64,000 nucleotides of DNA from Dehalococcoidia bacterium (GCA_963667465.2 CAXXDN010000002.1:1536001-1600000); one strand, 5' to 3'; shown: positions 39,743 through 48,713, numbered from the stretch's first letter. The notes: generated from the letters alone by a model not told the origin. Translations and numbers: made by a program.

Positions 39743-41054
39743 GACGCGCCATCGCACTCCGCAGTCCGGTCTACTACGGATGGGTGATCCTCGTCCTGGG
39801 GATCCTCTGCTCGAGCATCGCGGCCGCCACGATGTTCTGGACGATCACGATCTACATCCCGGCGCTCGCCGAGGAGTTCGCCGTGGACGGCGAGGCCCGG
39901 CGCTTCCCGGTGGTCGTCGCGTTCATGCTGGGCTCACTGGTTTCCGCGGTCTCCGGGCCGCTGGCCGGCCGCTGGATGGACACGCGCGGTGCGCGCGAGA
40001 CGATCCTCGTCGGATCCGCGATGTCCGCCGTGGCGCTGCTGGCGACCTCCCAGGCGAATGAGCTGTGGCAGATCGGCGTCGGCTGGGGCGTCGTCAGCGT
40101 CGGGCGTTCGATGATCTTCCCGGTCGCCTACAGCTGGCTGGTAACGCGCTGGTTCCAGCGGCGCCGCCAGATGGCGCTCGGCGTGCTCACCATCGGCTTC
40201 GGCATCGCCGGCATCGGGGTGCTGCCGCTCTCGATGGTCGAGGAGCGCTGGGACTGGTCGGCGGTGATGATCACCAGCGCGCTGCTGCTCGTGCTCATCA
40301 ACGGGCTGATCGCGCTGCTGCTGGTCTACGACCGTCCCGCCGAGATCGGCTCGCAGGTCGAGGGCATGACGGAGAGCGAGGCGCGGGCGAGCTCCTCCGA
40401 GACCGCCGGATTCTCGATCGGAGAAGCGCTGCGGTCGCCTGCCTCTGGCTGCTCGCCGGCGCGTTCATGACCTTCTTCATCGCGCCCGCTACGTTCTCCA
40501 CCCTGCAGCTGGACTTCTTCGAAACGAGCGGGGTCGAGCAGGCGGCGCTCGTCGTCGCCATCGGCGCCGCCGTGCGCGGCTTTTCGAGGTTGCCGTTCGG
40601 GTTGCTGGTGCTGGGGCGGATCCGCCGCGTCTTCCTGCTCGCGATCGTGGTCGCGCTGACACAGGTCGCGGCGCTCATGACGGTGGTGATCTCCACGTCC
40701 ACGCCAAGCCTCGCCGTCTTCGTCATGATGTGGGGCCTCGGCGGCGCCTTCGTGCCGATGCTGGAGCCGACGCTGATCAATCGTGCGTTCGGCGTCCGCC
40801 ACTTCGGGACGATCACCGGCGCGATGATGATGCTCGCGTTCCCGGGTACGGCGCTCGGCCCGATCGCCGCCGGCGCGCTGTTCGACGCGACGGGCTCGTA
40901 CCGCCTCGCGCTCACGATCATGGTGGGCGTGGTGGCGATCTCGATCCTCTTCTTCGCGCTCGCCTCGCTGGTGGTGAACGGGGCGCGCCACCGCCAGGCC
41001 GCCGCCGCACGCGGGATGAGCAACTGGCCGCCCGACACGGCGGACGCGCGCTAG
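39739..41054 (+). pseudogene. MFS transporter with frameshift near 40445 (pseudogene or sequencing error)
   Basis: N half (VYYGW...RWFQRRR) and C half (WLLAG...FGVRHFG...FDATGSY) in different frames. Confidence 0.75.
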
Positions 41055-41099
41055 GATGGCGCACGCGACCACGAGCGCAGCACCCGAAACGGAGCCCCG

Positions 41100-41852
41100 A
41101 TGAGCGCGAGCCTGGAAGACCTCTTCGGCGGCCAGCCGCCCGGCGAGCCGGATCCGGACGAGGGCGAGCTCCGCCGCGCCCTCGTGGTGGCGGCTCACCC
41201 GGACGACGCCGACTTCGGCGCGGGCGGGACGGCGGCGCTGCTCGCCGGGGCGGGCTGGGAGGTCCGCTACCTCGTCGTCACCGACGGCTCGAAGGGGTCC
41301 GACGACCCGGCCTTCACTCCGGAGACGCTCGTCGCCGCGCGCGAGCGCGAGCAGCGCGAGGCGGCGCGCATCCTCGGCGTCGGCTCGGTCGTCTTCCTCG
41401 GCTATACGGACGGGGAGCTGGTCTACTCACGGGAGCTGCTGGGGGCGGTCACGCGCGAGATCCGCGCGTTCCAGCCGTTCGCCGTCTACACCCACGACCC
41501 GGAGCCGGTGATCATCAACAACTCCTTCGTGAACCACAACGACCACCGCATCAGCGGCCTCGCCGCCGTCGACGCCGTCTACCCCACCGCCCGCGACCGC
41601 CTCAACTTCCCCGAGCAGGTCGAGGGCGGCCTGCCCACCCACAAGGTGCGCGAGCTCTACCTCTGGGGCGCGAACGAGCCGACCGTCGAGGTCGACATCT
41701 CGAGCGTGGCCGACACGAAGATCGAGGGGCTGCTCGCGCACGTCAGCCAATTCGGCGGGCGCGCGGACTTCGCCGAAATGGTGCGCGAGCGCTGGCGCGA
41801 GGAGGACGGCCGCTACCTCGAGCGCTTCCGCCGCGTCGGCCTCTTCCGCTGA
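41100..41852 (+). CDS. PIG-L family deacetylase
   Basis: AHPDDADF, HNDH motifs. Confidence 0.92.
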   Translation: MSASLEDLFGGQPPGEPDPDEGELRRALVVAAHPDDADFGAGGTAALLAGAGWEVRYLVVTDGSKGSDDPAFTPETLVAAREREQREAARILGVGSVVFLGYTDGELVYSRELLGAVTREIRAFQPFAVYTHDPEPVIINNSFVNHNDHRISGLAAVDAVYPTARDRLNFPEQVEGGLPTHKVRELYLWGANEPTVEVDISSVADTKIEGLLAHVSQFGGRADFAEMVRERWREEDGRYLERFRRVGLFR

Positions 41853-41887
41853 CGGTGCGCTGACGGCCGTCCAGTGACAGATCCGCC

Positions 41888-42433
41888 ATGACAGCCGACC
41901 ACGGCCACGGTCACGAGACGGTCGCGGGGCCCGGCTACTGCCCGAACTGCGGGACCGCCCTCGAAGCGGCCTCGGAGACCGCGCCCGTTGCGGCCTCCGG
42001 TCGCCGGCCGCCGGCCTGCCCGAGCTGCGACTTCGTGCGCTGGGAGAACCCCAAGCTCGCCACCGGCGTCGTGATCGAGCACGAGGGCGCGATCCTGCTC
42101 GTGCGCCGCAACCACGACCCGATGTACGGCTTCTGGTCGTTCCCCTCCGGCTTCGTCGACCGCGGCGAGTCGGTCGAGGAGGCCGCGCGGCGCGAAACCC
42201 TCGAGGAGGCCGCGGTCGAGATCGAGATCGAGCGCCTGCTCGGCGTCTACAGCAGCTCGGGCGACCCGGTGGTGTTCATCGCCTGGGCCGGGCGGATCAG
42301 CGGCGGCACGCCGCGGCCCGGGCCGGAGGCGCTGGAGGTCGGCTTCTTCCCGCCCGACGCGCTCCCCGACCTCGCCTTCCCCCACGACCCGGAGATCGTC
42401 GAGACGTGGCGGCGTGCGCGGGGCGAGGGATGA
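41888..42433 (+). CDS. NUDIX hydrolase with N-terminal zinc ribbon
   Basis: YCPNCG, CPSC, GFVDRGESVEEAARRETLEE. Confidence 0.92.
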   Translation: MTADHGHGHETVAGPGYCPNCGTALEAASETAPVAASGRRPPACPSCDFVRWENPKLATGVVIEHEGAILLVRRNHDPMYGFWSFPSGFVDRGESVEEAARRETLEEAAVEIEIERLLGVYSSSGDPVVFIAWAGRISGGTPRPGPEALEVGFFPPDALPDLAFPHDPEIVETWRRARGEG

Positions 42434-42461
42434 CGTTGCAGACTCGCCTGCGCCAGTCGCG

Positions 42462-42857
42462 TCAGGACGCTCGCGCCCCGACTTCCTCGCCAACCTCCCA
42501 CCAGCCCGAGGCCGCGGCGAGCGAGGTGCTGACGTACTGGTTGAGGCTCACGCCCTCGCGTTCGGCCGCCCGAACGAGCGCGGTATGGAGCGACGATGGC
42601 AGTCGCACCTGGAAGCGGCCGCTGTGGGCCGGATCGGGGCGTGGGAATGGCACTGCGTCACCATCCTCGAGGGCGATCTCGATCCAGAGCTCCATCGCCT
42701 CGTAGATCATCGACGCCGCCTCGGCGGGCGTGTCTCCCTGGGAGATGCAGCCGTCCAACTCCTCCACCCACGAGACCCATCCGGCATCGCCGTCGGCCGT
42801 CTCGCTGCGTATCATCCCGACGTGATACGGGAGCCTCAGATAGTCCTGCACATCCAT
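42462..42857 (-). CDS. hicB: HicB family antitoxin
   Basis: ELDGCISQGDT; RHH tail SGRFQVRLPSSLH...EGVSLNQY; RBS AAAGGAG. Confidence 0.92.
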   Translation of the reverse strand: MDVQDYLRLPYHVGMIRSETADGDAGWVSWVEELDGCISQGDTPAEAASMIYEAMELWIEIALEDGDAVPFPRPDPAHSGRFQVRLPSSLHTALVRAAEREGVSLNQYVSTSLAAASGWWEVGEEVGARAS

Positions 42858-42875
42858 TGCGCGCTCCTTTGGCGC

Positions 42876-42889
42876 TACTGTATATGGTA
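42876..42889. promoter_or_regulatory. Imperfect palindrome between divergent hicB and hicA (candidate operator)
   Basis: TACTGTATATGGTA, AT-rich island in 43-nt gap. Confidence 0.5.
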
Positions 42890-42900
42890 CTACTCCGTCC

Positions 42901-43134
42901 GTGAGAGACGCAAAGCGCATCGAGCGACTACGTCGGAGTCCCCATGGTGTCAGGCTGGACGAACTGCGAGCGGTTCTTGAGTCCGCGGGCTTCACGCTCG
43001 TCCGCACGAAGGGGAGCCATCACATCTTCACGCACCCGCAGCGACGTGCCCGGCTCGTCGTCCCTTACCGGCGCCCGTTGCTGCCGGTCTACGTTCGCAA
43101 GGCACTGGAAGCGATCGACGAGCTTGCCGGCTGA
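42901..43134 (+). CDS. hicA: HicA family toxin
   Basis: LESAGFTLVRTKGSHHIFTHP; PVYVRK. Confidence 0.9.
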   Translation: MRDAKRIERLRRSPHGVRLDELRAVLESAGFTLVRTKGSHHIFTHPQRRARLVVPYRRPLLPVYVRKALEAIDELAG

Positions 43135-43204
43135 CGCTCGTCGAGACGTGGCGGCGTGCGCGGCGCGGACGCGAGCCGTAGGCTAGGTGGCGCAGGGAGT
43201 ACGC

Positions 43205-43540
43205 ATGAACATCGATCTCTACATCGCCCGCGGCGACGCGATCGCCGGGGAGGCGCTGACCGTGATAGCCGAGGGTAGCGCCGCCGCCGGGCTCGACGAC
43301 GCCGCCATCGAGACGATCGAGGTCTCCTCGGACGACGAGGCGCGCGCGCTACGCTGCCTCGGCTCACCGACGATCCGCATCGAGGGCCTGGACATTGAGT
43401 ACGGCGAGCGTGAGCCGCCGGAGACGACCTCCGGCGAGCGCTACTACAGCACGCCCGAGGGCTGGAACCGCCTGCCCACCGCAGGCATGGTCGCCTTCGC
43501 GATTCGCGAGGCGCGGGCACGCCTCGGAGGCGGCTCGTGA
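43205..43540 (+). CDS. Thioredoxin-fold small protein lacking the usual N-terminal Cys
   Basis: LGSPTIRIEGLDI core; no CP/CxxC at N-terminus. Confidence 0.6.
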   Translation: MNIDLYIARGDAIAGEALTVIAEGSAAAGLDDAAIETIEVSSDDEARALRCLGSPTIRIEGLDIEYGEREPPETTSGERYYSTPEGWNRLPTAGMVAFAIREARARLGGGS

Positions 43541-44169
43541 GCGGCGCCGGCCGCCCGGAAGAGCAGGACAGCGCCGACGCCCCCGCCGACGCCCCCAAGA
43601 GGCGGAAGCGGCTGCGCGGACGCGGCGCCGCGCTCGGCGCGGGTGGCCTCGCCGCGCAGCTCAAGCGACGCGCCGAGGCGGCAGCGGCCGACGCCGCGCC
43701 GCACGTGCGCGCGCTGGCCGAGCAGGCGCAACGCCTCGCCGCCGAGGGAGCGGCGAGCGCTCGCGAGGAAGCCGAGCGGCGACGTCCGGCAGCGGAGCAG
43801 GCCGCGAAGGACGCCCTCGGAACGGTGCGCGAAGCTGCCGAACGCGCGAAGCCGGAGGCGGAGCGCCTCGCTCGCGAAGCAGTGCACAAGGGCGAGGTCA
43901 TCGGCAAGGCGCTGAAGCCGCAGGTCTCGCGCGTCGCGCAGGACACCGCGGAGTTCGCACGCGAGCACGAGGACGAGCTGCGCGGCGCGGCCGGCAGCGC
44001 CGCGCGCGCTGCCGCGCGGACCGCCGCGCGCGGCGCCACCCCGGCCCCACTGCGCCCCGCCGTCGACGCCTTCGAACGCGAGCTGCAGCGCAAGGAAAGC
44101 CATGCCACCCGCGAGGACACAGCCGAAGCGACCGACGGCACGGAGGACACCACCACCCCGTCCGCCTGA
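43537..44169 (+). CDS. Ala/Glu/Arg-rich helical hypothetical protein
   Basis: GTGA overlap with upstream stop; repeated amphipathic helices. Confidence 0.6.
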   Translation: MSGAGRPEEQDSADAPADAPKRRKRLRGRGAALGAGGLAAQLKRRAEAAAADAAPHVRALAEQAQRLAAEGAASAREEAERRRPAAEQAAKDALGTVREAAERAKPEAERLAREAVHKGEVIGKALKPQVSRVAQDTAEFAREHEDELRGAAGSAARAAARTAARGATPAPLRPAVDAFERELQRKESHATREDTAEATDGTEDTTTPSA

Positions 44170-44179
44170 ACGCCAGCCC

Positions 44180-44254
44180 GCCCACTATTGGCGCGCCCAC
44201 TACGGGCGCGCCCACTATTGGCGCGCCCACTACTGGCGCGCCCACTACTGGCGC
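44180..44254. repeat. 15-bp tandem repeat x5 (GCCCACTAYKGGCGC)
   Basis: Read directly; intergenic upstream of lexA. Confidence 0.95.
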
Positions 44255-44295
44255 GACTACCTCGTGTCCGCCCCGGCCGGGGTGACGGGCGGCGC

Positions 44296-44344
44296 TTGAC
44301 GCAAGACCGCAGCAGGGGATACGTTTGTTGCGAACATATGTACC
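44296..44344 (+). promoter_or_regulatory. lexA promoter and LexA box
   Basis: TTGACG (44296) N18 TACGTT (44320); CGAACATATGTACC at 44331-44344. Confidence 0.75.
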
Positions 44345-44392
44345 CGGCAGGCGCACGGGGGCGAATTGCCGGGCGGGAGCGAGGTGACAGTG

Positions 44393-45064
44393 ATGACGGA
44401 GATGCAAGAGGGACGGGACTCGGCGCGCGACCGCAGCTCCGGACTGTCAGACAAGCAGCAGCGCATCCTCGACTTCCTGCGCTCCTTCCTGCTCGAGAAG
44501 GACTATCCACCCTCGATCCGTGACATCCAGCAGGGCTGCGAGATCTCCTCCACCTCGGTCGTGGACTACAACCTCAAGCGCCTCGAAGAGCGCGGCTACA
44601 TCCGGCGCGACCGCGAGGTCTCGCGCGCGATCGAGCTGCTCGACGGCACCGGACGGCGGCGCGGCAGCATGACCGTCCCGCTCGTCGGCGCGATCGCCGC
44701 CGGCTCGCCGATCCCGATGCCGCCGGACACGCTGCCACCCGGTTACGAGGAGGTCCCCGTCACCGAGGCACAGACCCGCGGCCGCTCGAACGCCTTCGCG
44801 CTGACAGTCCAGGGAACCTCGATGATCGACGCGCTGATCGACGATGGGGACATCGTGATCCTCGAGCCGACGCAGAGCTGCGACGACGGCGACATGGTGG
44901 CCGTCTGGCTGCACGACGAGAACGAGACCACGCTCAAGAAGTTCTTCCACGAGGGCAGCCGCATCCGGCTACAGCCGATGAACTCGGCGATGGATCCGAT
45001 CTACACCGCGCCCGAGAACGTCAAGGTGCAGGGCCGCGTCCTCTCCTCGATCCGCCTCTCGTAG
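44393..45064 (+). CDS. lexA: Transcriptional repressor LexA
   Basis: YPPSIRDI wHTH, IAAG cleavage site, GTSM Ser, TLKK Lys. Confidence 0.96.
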   Translation: MTEMQEGRDSARDRSSGLSDKQQRILDFLRSFLLEKDYPPSIRDIQQGCEISSTSVVDYNLKRLEERGYIRRDREVSRAIELLDGTGRRRGSMTVPLVGAIAAGSPIPMPPDTLPPGYEEVPVTEAQTRGRSNAFALTVQGTSMIDALIDDGDIVILEPTQSCDDGDMVAVWLHDENETTLKKFFHEGSRIRLQPMNSAMDPIYTAPENVKVQGRVLSSIRLS

Positions 45065-45149
45065 GACGCCGCTCGCCGCACCGCGCCTCCGGCGAGTGGC
45101 TTGGGCAAGAGTCCGGCGCGCCTCGGCTCTCCGCCGCAACCCGTGTGTC

Positions 45150-45545
45150 GCCTGTGGGGGCTGCGCCCCCACACCCCATCCCGGACGAGCATGCGCAAGG
45201 CGATCCCGAAGATGCGAGGGATACCTCGCGGGGCCGCTCGAACCCACCCACCCGCCCTCGGATGTTCCTTCTGTCGGGGCTGTGCCCCCACGCCCCCCTC
45301 GGAACCAGCGAGGGCGCTCGCGACGTGCGAGGGCGAATCCGGTCCCCTCTCTCCCCGAGGGGGAGGGCGGGGGTGCGGGCGCTCGCCGAACCTCCAGGCG
45401 GCAACGAACGTCTGGAGCCTCGCGCCGGTCTCTCGTGGGGGGCCCCCCGGCGGCGCTGCAACCGCGGCCAGCGGCGGCCAGTCCGGCTATCCCTGCCGGA
45501 CTGGAGCCGGGGCGTAGCCCCCGGCAGGCGGGGCGCGGGCTTGCG
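45150..45545. repeat. REP-like hairpin cluster; 45285-45382 is an inverted copy of 49939-50036
   Basis: GGGGGCTGCGCCCCC-type hairpins and a CCCCTCTC...GAGGG hairpin; aligned by eye to the reverse complement of 49939-50036. Confidence 0.75.
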
Positions 45546-45570
45546 CCCTGCGCGGCGCCTGCCGTGATCC

Positions 45571-46647
45571 CTAGCGCGCCGGCGCGGCGCCGGGCCTCGC
45601 CCTGCCGCGCACTCCTCGCGCCGATCGCGGGAGGCTGGTGAGCAGCAGCTCGAGGGCGAGCACGTCCGCATAGCGGCCCGTCTTGACCGCATGGTCCGCC
45701 GCCTCCACCGCGCGCAGCGCGCGCTCGGCAGCGGGGCGGCCGATCGTCTCCGCCTGCGTGACGAGGCGGCCGAGCGGGTAGGGGTGCGTCACGCCGGTGG
45801 CGCGGCCGATCTCCTCGCGGCTCGCGCCCTGCTCGATCAGCTCGGCGGCGCGGATCAGATTGCGCAGCTGGCGCGCGATCAGCGCCTGGAGGCGGCCGGG
45901 ATGCTCGGCGCCACCCTCGATCAGCCCGCGCAGCCGCAGCAACGCGCTCGCGGTCCGGCCCTCGACGGCGTCGTCGACGAGCGCGAACACGTCCTCGTCG
46001 CGCGCGGCCGTGGTGAGCAGCTCGACGTCGGCGACGCTGACGGGCCGCTCCCCGGCGAGGCGCGCGAGCTTGTCCAGCTCGTTGCTGAGCGCCCAGAGGT
46101 CCGCGCCGAGCAGCTGGCTGAGGCGTTCGGCGGCGGCAGGCTCGATCTCCGCGCCGATCCGCCGCGCGCGCTCGATCAGCCAGGCGGCCACCTCGTTGCC
46201 GCCGCGGCCGTAGAGGCGCATCGCCTCGAACTGCTGCACGTCGGCGCCCTCGAGGGCGCGCAGCGCGCGCAGCAGCGGCGAGCGGCCGAGCGTCGTCCGC
46301 GCCTCGCGGGTGGGGGCTGGCTCCAGCAGCACGAGGTGGTTGGTGTCCGGCAGCACCGGCAGTGCGTCGAGCAGCGGCTGCCATTCGTCGGCGACGCCGC
46401 GGCCCGCGCCGAGCGAGACGATCAAACCTTCGACCACGATCACGCGCGCGTTGGCGAGGAACGGCACCGTCGAGGCCTGCCCGGCGAGCGCCCCGGCCGT
46501 GAGACCGCGGACGGGCAGCTCCGCGGTGTTGAGATCGAGCATCCCGTCTGTGTCGAGGCGTGCGCGCAGGGCGCGGTAGGCCTCGCGCAGGCGGAAGTCG
46601 TCCGAGTCGCGGTTGGCCTGCGTCGATCCGAGGTAGAGATGCAGCAT
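45571..46647 (-). CDS. holA: DNA polymerase III subunit delta
   Basis: TVPFLANARVIVVE, LGADLWALSNELDKL, DVFALVD, DHAVKTG. Confidence 0.9.
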   Translation of the reverse strand: MLHLYLGSTQANRDSDDFRLREAYRALRARLDTDGMLDLNTAELPVRGLTAGALAGQASTVPFLANARVIVVEGLIVSLGAGRGVADEWQPLLDALPVLPDTNHLVLLEPAPTREARTTLGRSPLLRALRALEGADVQQFEAMRLYGRGGNEVAAWLIERARRIGAEIEPAAAERLSQLLGADLWALSNELDKLARLAGERPVSVADVELLTTAARDEDVFALVDDAVEGRTASALLRLRGLIEGGAEHPGRLQALIARQLRNLIRAAELIEQGASREEIGRATGVTHPYPLGRLVTQAETIGRPAAERALRAVEAADHAVKTGRYADVLALELLLTSLPRSARGVRGRARPGAAPAR

Positions 46648-46662
46648 CGCGTCCGTCCCGGC

Positions 46663-46947
46663 CTAGTCGAGATCCAGCCGCCAGCCGAGCCAGGCGGCGA
46701 TCGTGGTGACCACGAGGACCACGGGGCCCGGCCAGAGCAGCTGCGCGACGAACTCGCCGGTTCCGCCCTCGTCCGCCGTGACCCCGCGATAGAGCGCCCA
46801 GAGCAGCGCGACCGCGATGCCGGGCAGCAGCAGCCACCAGTGGAAGGCGGGCTGGCCGTCGTCGAGTAGCGGCGAGCGCAGCCGTCCGGGCTGCTCCTGC
46901 TGCTCGTCCTCCTCGCCCGCGAGGTCAGCCTGCTGCTCGTCGGCCAT
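46663..46947 (-). CDS. Small two-TM membrane protein
   Basis: Acidic N-terminus, two hydrophobic helices. Confidence 0.65.
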   Translation of the reverse strand: MADEQQADLAGEEDEQQEQPGRLRSPLLDDGQPAFHWWLLLPGIAVALLWALYRGVTADEGGTGEFVAQLLWPGPVVLVVTTIAAWLGWRLDLD

Positions 46948-47131
46948 CGTTCGAGGCGTCCTCGCCGGGGAGCGGCGTGCGCGCGCCCGATGCTACGTGC
47001 GTCGCGGCCCGCTTGCCACTGCGGAGCGCCGCCGAGCGCCGGGCCCTCACCCGTGAGGGGAGCGAGCCGGACCACCCTCGAGCGCTGCGCCTCGAGCGCC
47101 GCAACCGGCACGCGCGCGGGCTGCGGGCGAG

Positions 47132-47212
47132 CCCCCTCACCCCCCCTCTCCCGCCGGGGGAGAGGGGGCCGGACTTCCAACTCGCGCGTCGCGTGCGCCC
47201 CCACCCCGCCCT
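47132..47212 (+). repeat. REP-like tandem array, unit 1 and left part of unit 2
   Basis: CCCTCTCCCGCCGGGGGAGAGGG hairpin followed by GGCCGGACTTCCAACTCGCGCGTCGCGTGCGCCC, repeated at 49897-50005. Confidence 0.85.
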
Positions 47213-47219
47213 AATGGGG

Positions 47220-47425
47220 TTCGACCGGACCCTGGAGCGATCTGGGAGACTGGTCTTGGACCGGCCGGCCGGTGAGCACTGCCCCTCCCCGAGACACTGC
47301 GATCTCCAGGGAGAGACCGTGCCCCGGCTGGTGCGTCCGGGTGGTCCACAGCACTCCTGGGGTGTCGTGCCCGAGAGCACTGGTCCATTAGGCCGTCGCA
47401 GGACCAGCCCGGCAGGTCGCAAACA
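47220..47425 (+). ncRNA. Putative IS110 bridge RNA (ends approximate)
   Basis: Target loop CCCCTCCC (47282-89)/GGGAGAG (47309-15); donor loop CCTGGGGTGTC (47356-66)/CCATTAG (47385-91); each pair separated by a short hairpin. Confidence 0.8.
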
Positions 47426-47455
47426 GCAGCACGAAGCGCAGGAAAGCGAGGCACG

Positions 47456-48679
47456 ATGACCCTCTACGTCGGTGACGACTGGTCCGAAGACCACCACGAT
47501 GTCCAGCTCATGAACGAGGCCGGCGAACGGCTCGCCGCCAGGCGGCTGCCCGAGGGCGTCGCGGGCGTCGCCGTGCTGCACGAACTGGTTGCCGAGCACG
47601 CCTCAGACCCGGGCGCGGTCGTGGTCGGCATCGAGACCGACCGCGGACCCTGGGTCACGGCCCTGCTCGCGGCCGGCTACCGCGTCTACGCGATCAACCC
47701 CCGCTCGGCGGCGCGCTACCGTGAGCGTCACCACCTGGGCGGCGCCAAGTCCGACGCCGCCGACGCGAAGCTGCTCGCCGACCTCGTGCGCACCGACCGC
47801 CACAACCACCGTCCGCTGGCCGGCGACAGCGACGAGGCTGCCGCGGTGCGCATCCTCGCCCGCGCCCACCAGCAGCTGATCTGGGACCGCGTGCGCCAGA
47901 CCAACCGGCTGCGCAACGCCCTCAGGGAGTATTTCCCGGCTGCCCTGCAGGCCTTCCCCAGCCTCGCGCACGGCGACGCCCTGGGCGTGCTGGCGCGGGC
48001 GAGCGAGCCGCGCGAGGCGGCGCGCCTGAGCACGTCGAAGATCCGCTCGGCGCTGCGCCGCGGCGGACGTCAGCGCAACCTCGAGCGGCGCGCCGCCGCG
48101 GTGCGCGACGCGCTGCGCTCCCCGCAACTCGAGGCGCCGCCTGCCGTGAGCCGGGCGTTCGCCGCGAGCACCCGCGCGGCGGTCGCGCAGATCAGCGAGA
48201 TCAACCGTCAGCTTACGGAGCTCGAGGCCGCGCTCACGAGCCATTTTGAGCAGCACCCGGACGCCGCAATCTACCGTTCCCTGCCCGGTCTCGGTGTCGT
48301 GCTCGGCGCCCGGGTGCTCGGCGAGTTCGGGGACGACCCCGAACGCTACGAGTCGGCGAAGTCCCGCAGGAACTACGCCGGCACCTCGCCGCTCACCGTA
48401 GCATCGGGCCGCAAGCGCAGCGTGCGCGCCCGCTTCGTGCGCAACCGCCGGCTCGCCGACGCCGTGGACCGCTGGGCGCTCTGCTCGCTGCAGGCGAGCC
48501 CCGGCTGCCATGACTTCTACCACCGCCGCCGCGCCGCGGGCGACCTCCACCACCAGGCGCTGCGCGCTCTCGGCAACCGCCTCGTCGGCTACCTCCACGG
48601 CTGCCTGAAGGCACGTCGCCCCTACGACGAGGCCACCGCCTGGGCGCACCGCCACGACCGCGAACAGCTCGCCGCTTGA
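47456..48679 (+). CDS. IS110 family transposase/recombinase
   Basis: YVGDDWSEDHHD, GIET, AINP, AKSDAADA (DEDD RuvC-like); SLPGLG, YAGTSPLTVASG. Confidence 0.95.
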   Translation: MTLYVGDDWSEDHHDVQLMNEAGERLAARRLPEGVAGVAVLHELVAEHASDPGAVVVGIETDRGPWVTALLAAGYRVYAINPRSAARYRERHHLGGAKSDAADAKLLADLVRTDRHNHRPLAGDSDEAAAVRILARAHQQLIWDRVRQTNRLRNALREYFPAALQAFPSLAHGDALGVLARASEPREAARLSTSKIRSALRRGGRQRNLERRAAAVRDALRSPQLEAPPAVSRAFAASTRAAVAQISEINRQLTELEAALTSHFEQHPDAAIYRSLPGLGVVLGARVLGEFGDDPERYESAKSRRNYAGTSPLTVASGRKRSVRARFVRNRRLADAVDRWALCSLQASPGCHDFYHRRRAAGDLHHQALRALGNRLVGYLHGCLKARRPYDEATAWAHRHDREQLAA

Positions 48680-48713
48680 CGCCTTAGCACCCTGGGGTGT
48701 CTAACCCGCCGGG

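Larger units (their letters stand above)
47211..48704 (+). mobile_element. IS110 family insertion sequence
   Basis: CTAA at both junctions (47211-47214, 48701-48704); no terminal IRs; flanks rejoin into a REP unit. Confidence 0.9.

Noticed and set aside
44180-44254. Possible CRISPR array (also 21870-22034)
   Set aside because: Contiguous 15-bp units with no spacers and no cas genes
45096-45641. ORFs in the lexA-holA gap and in 46925-47599
   Set aside because: Pro/Arg-rich translations of repeat or ncRNA sequence with no coding signature
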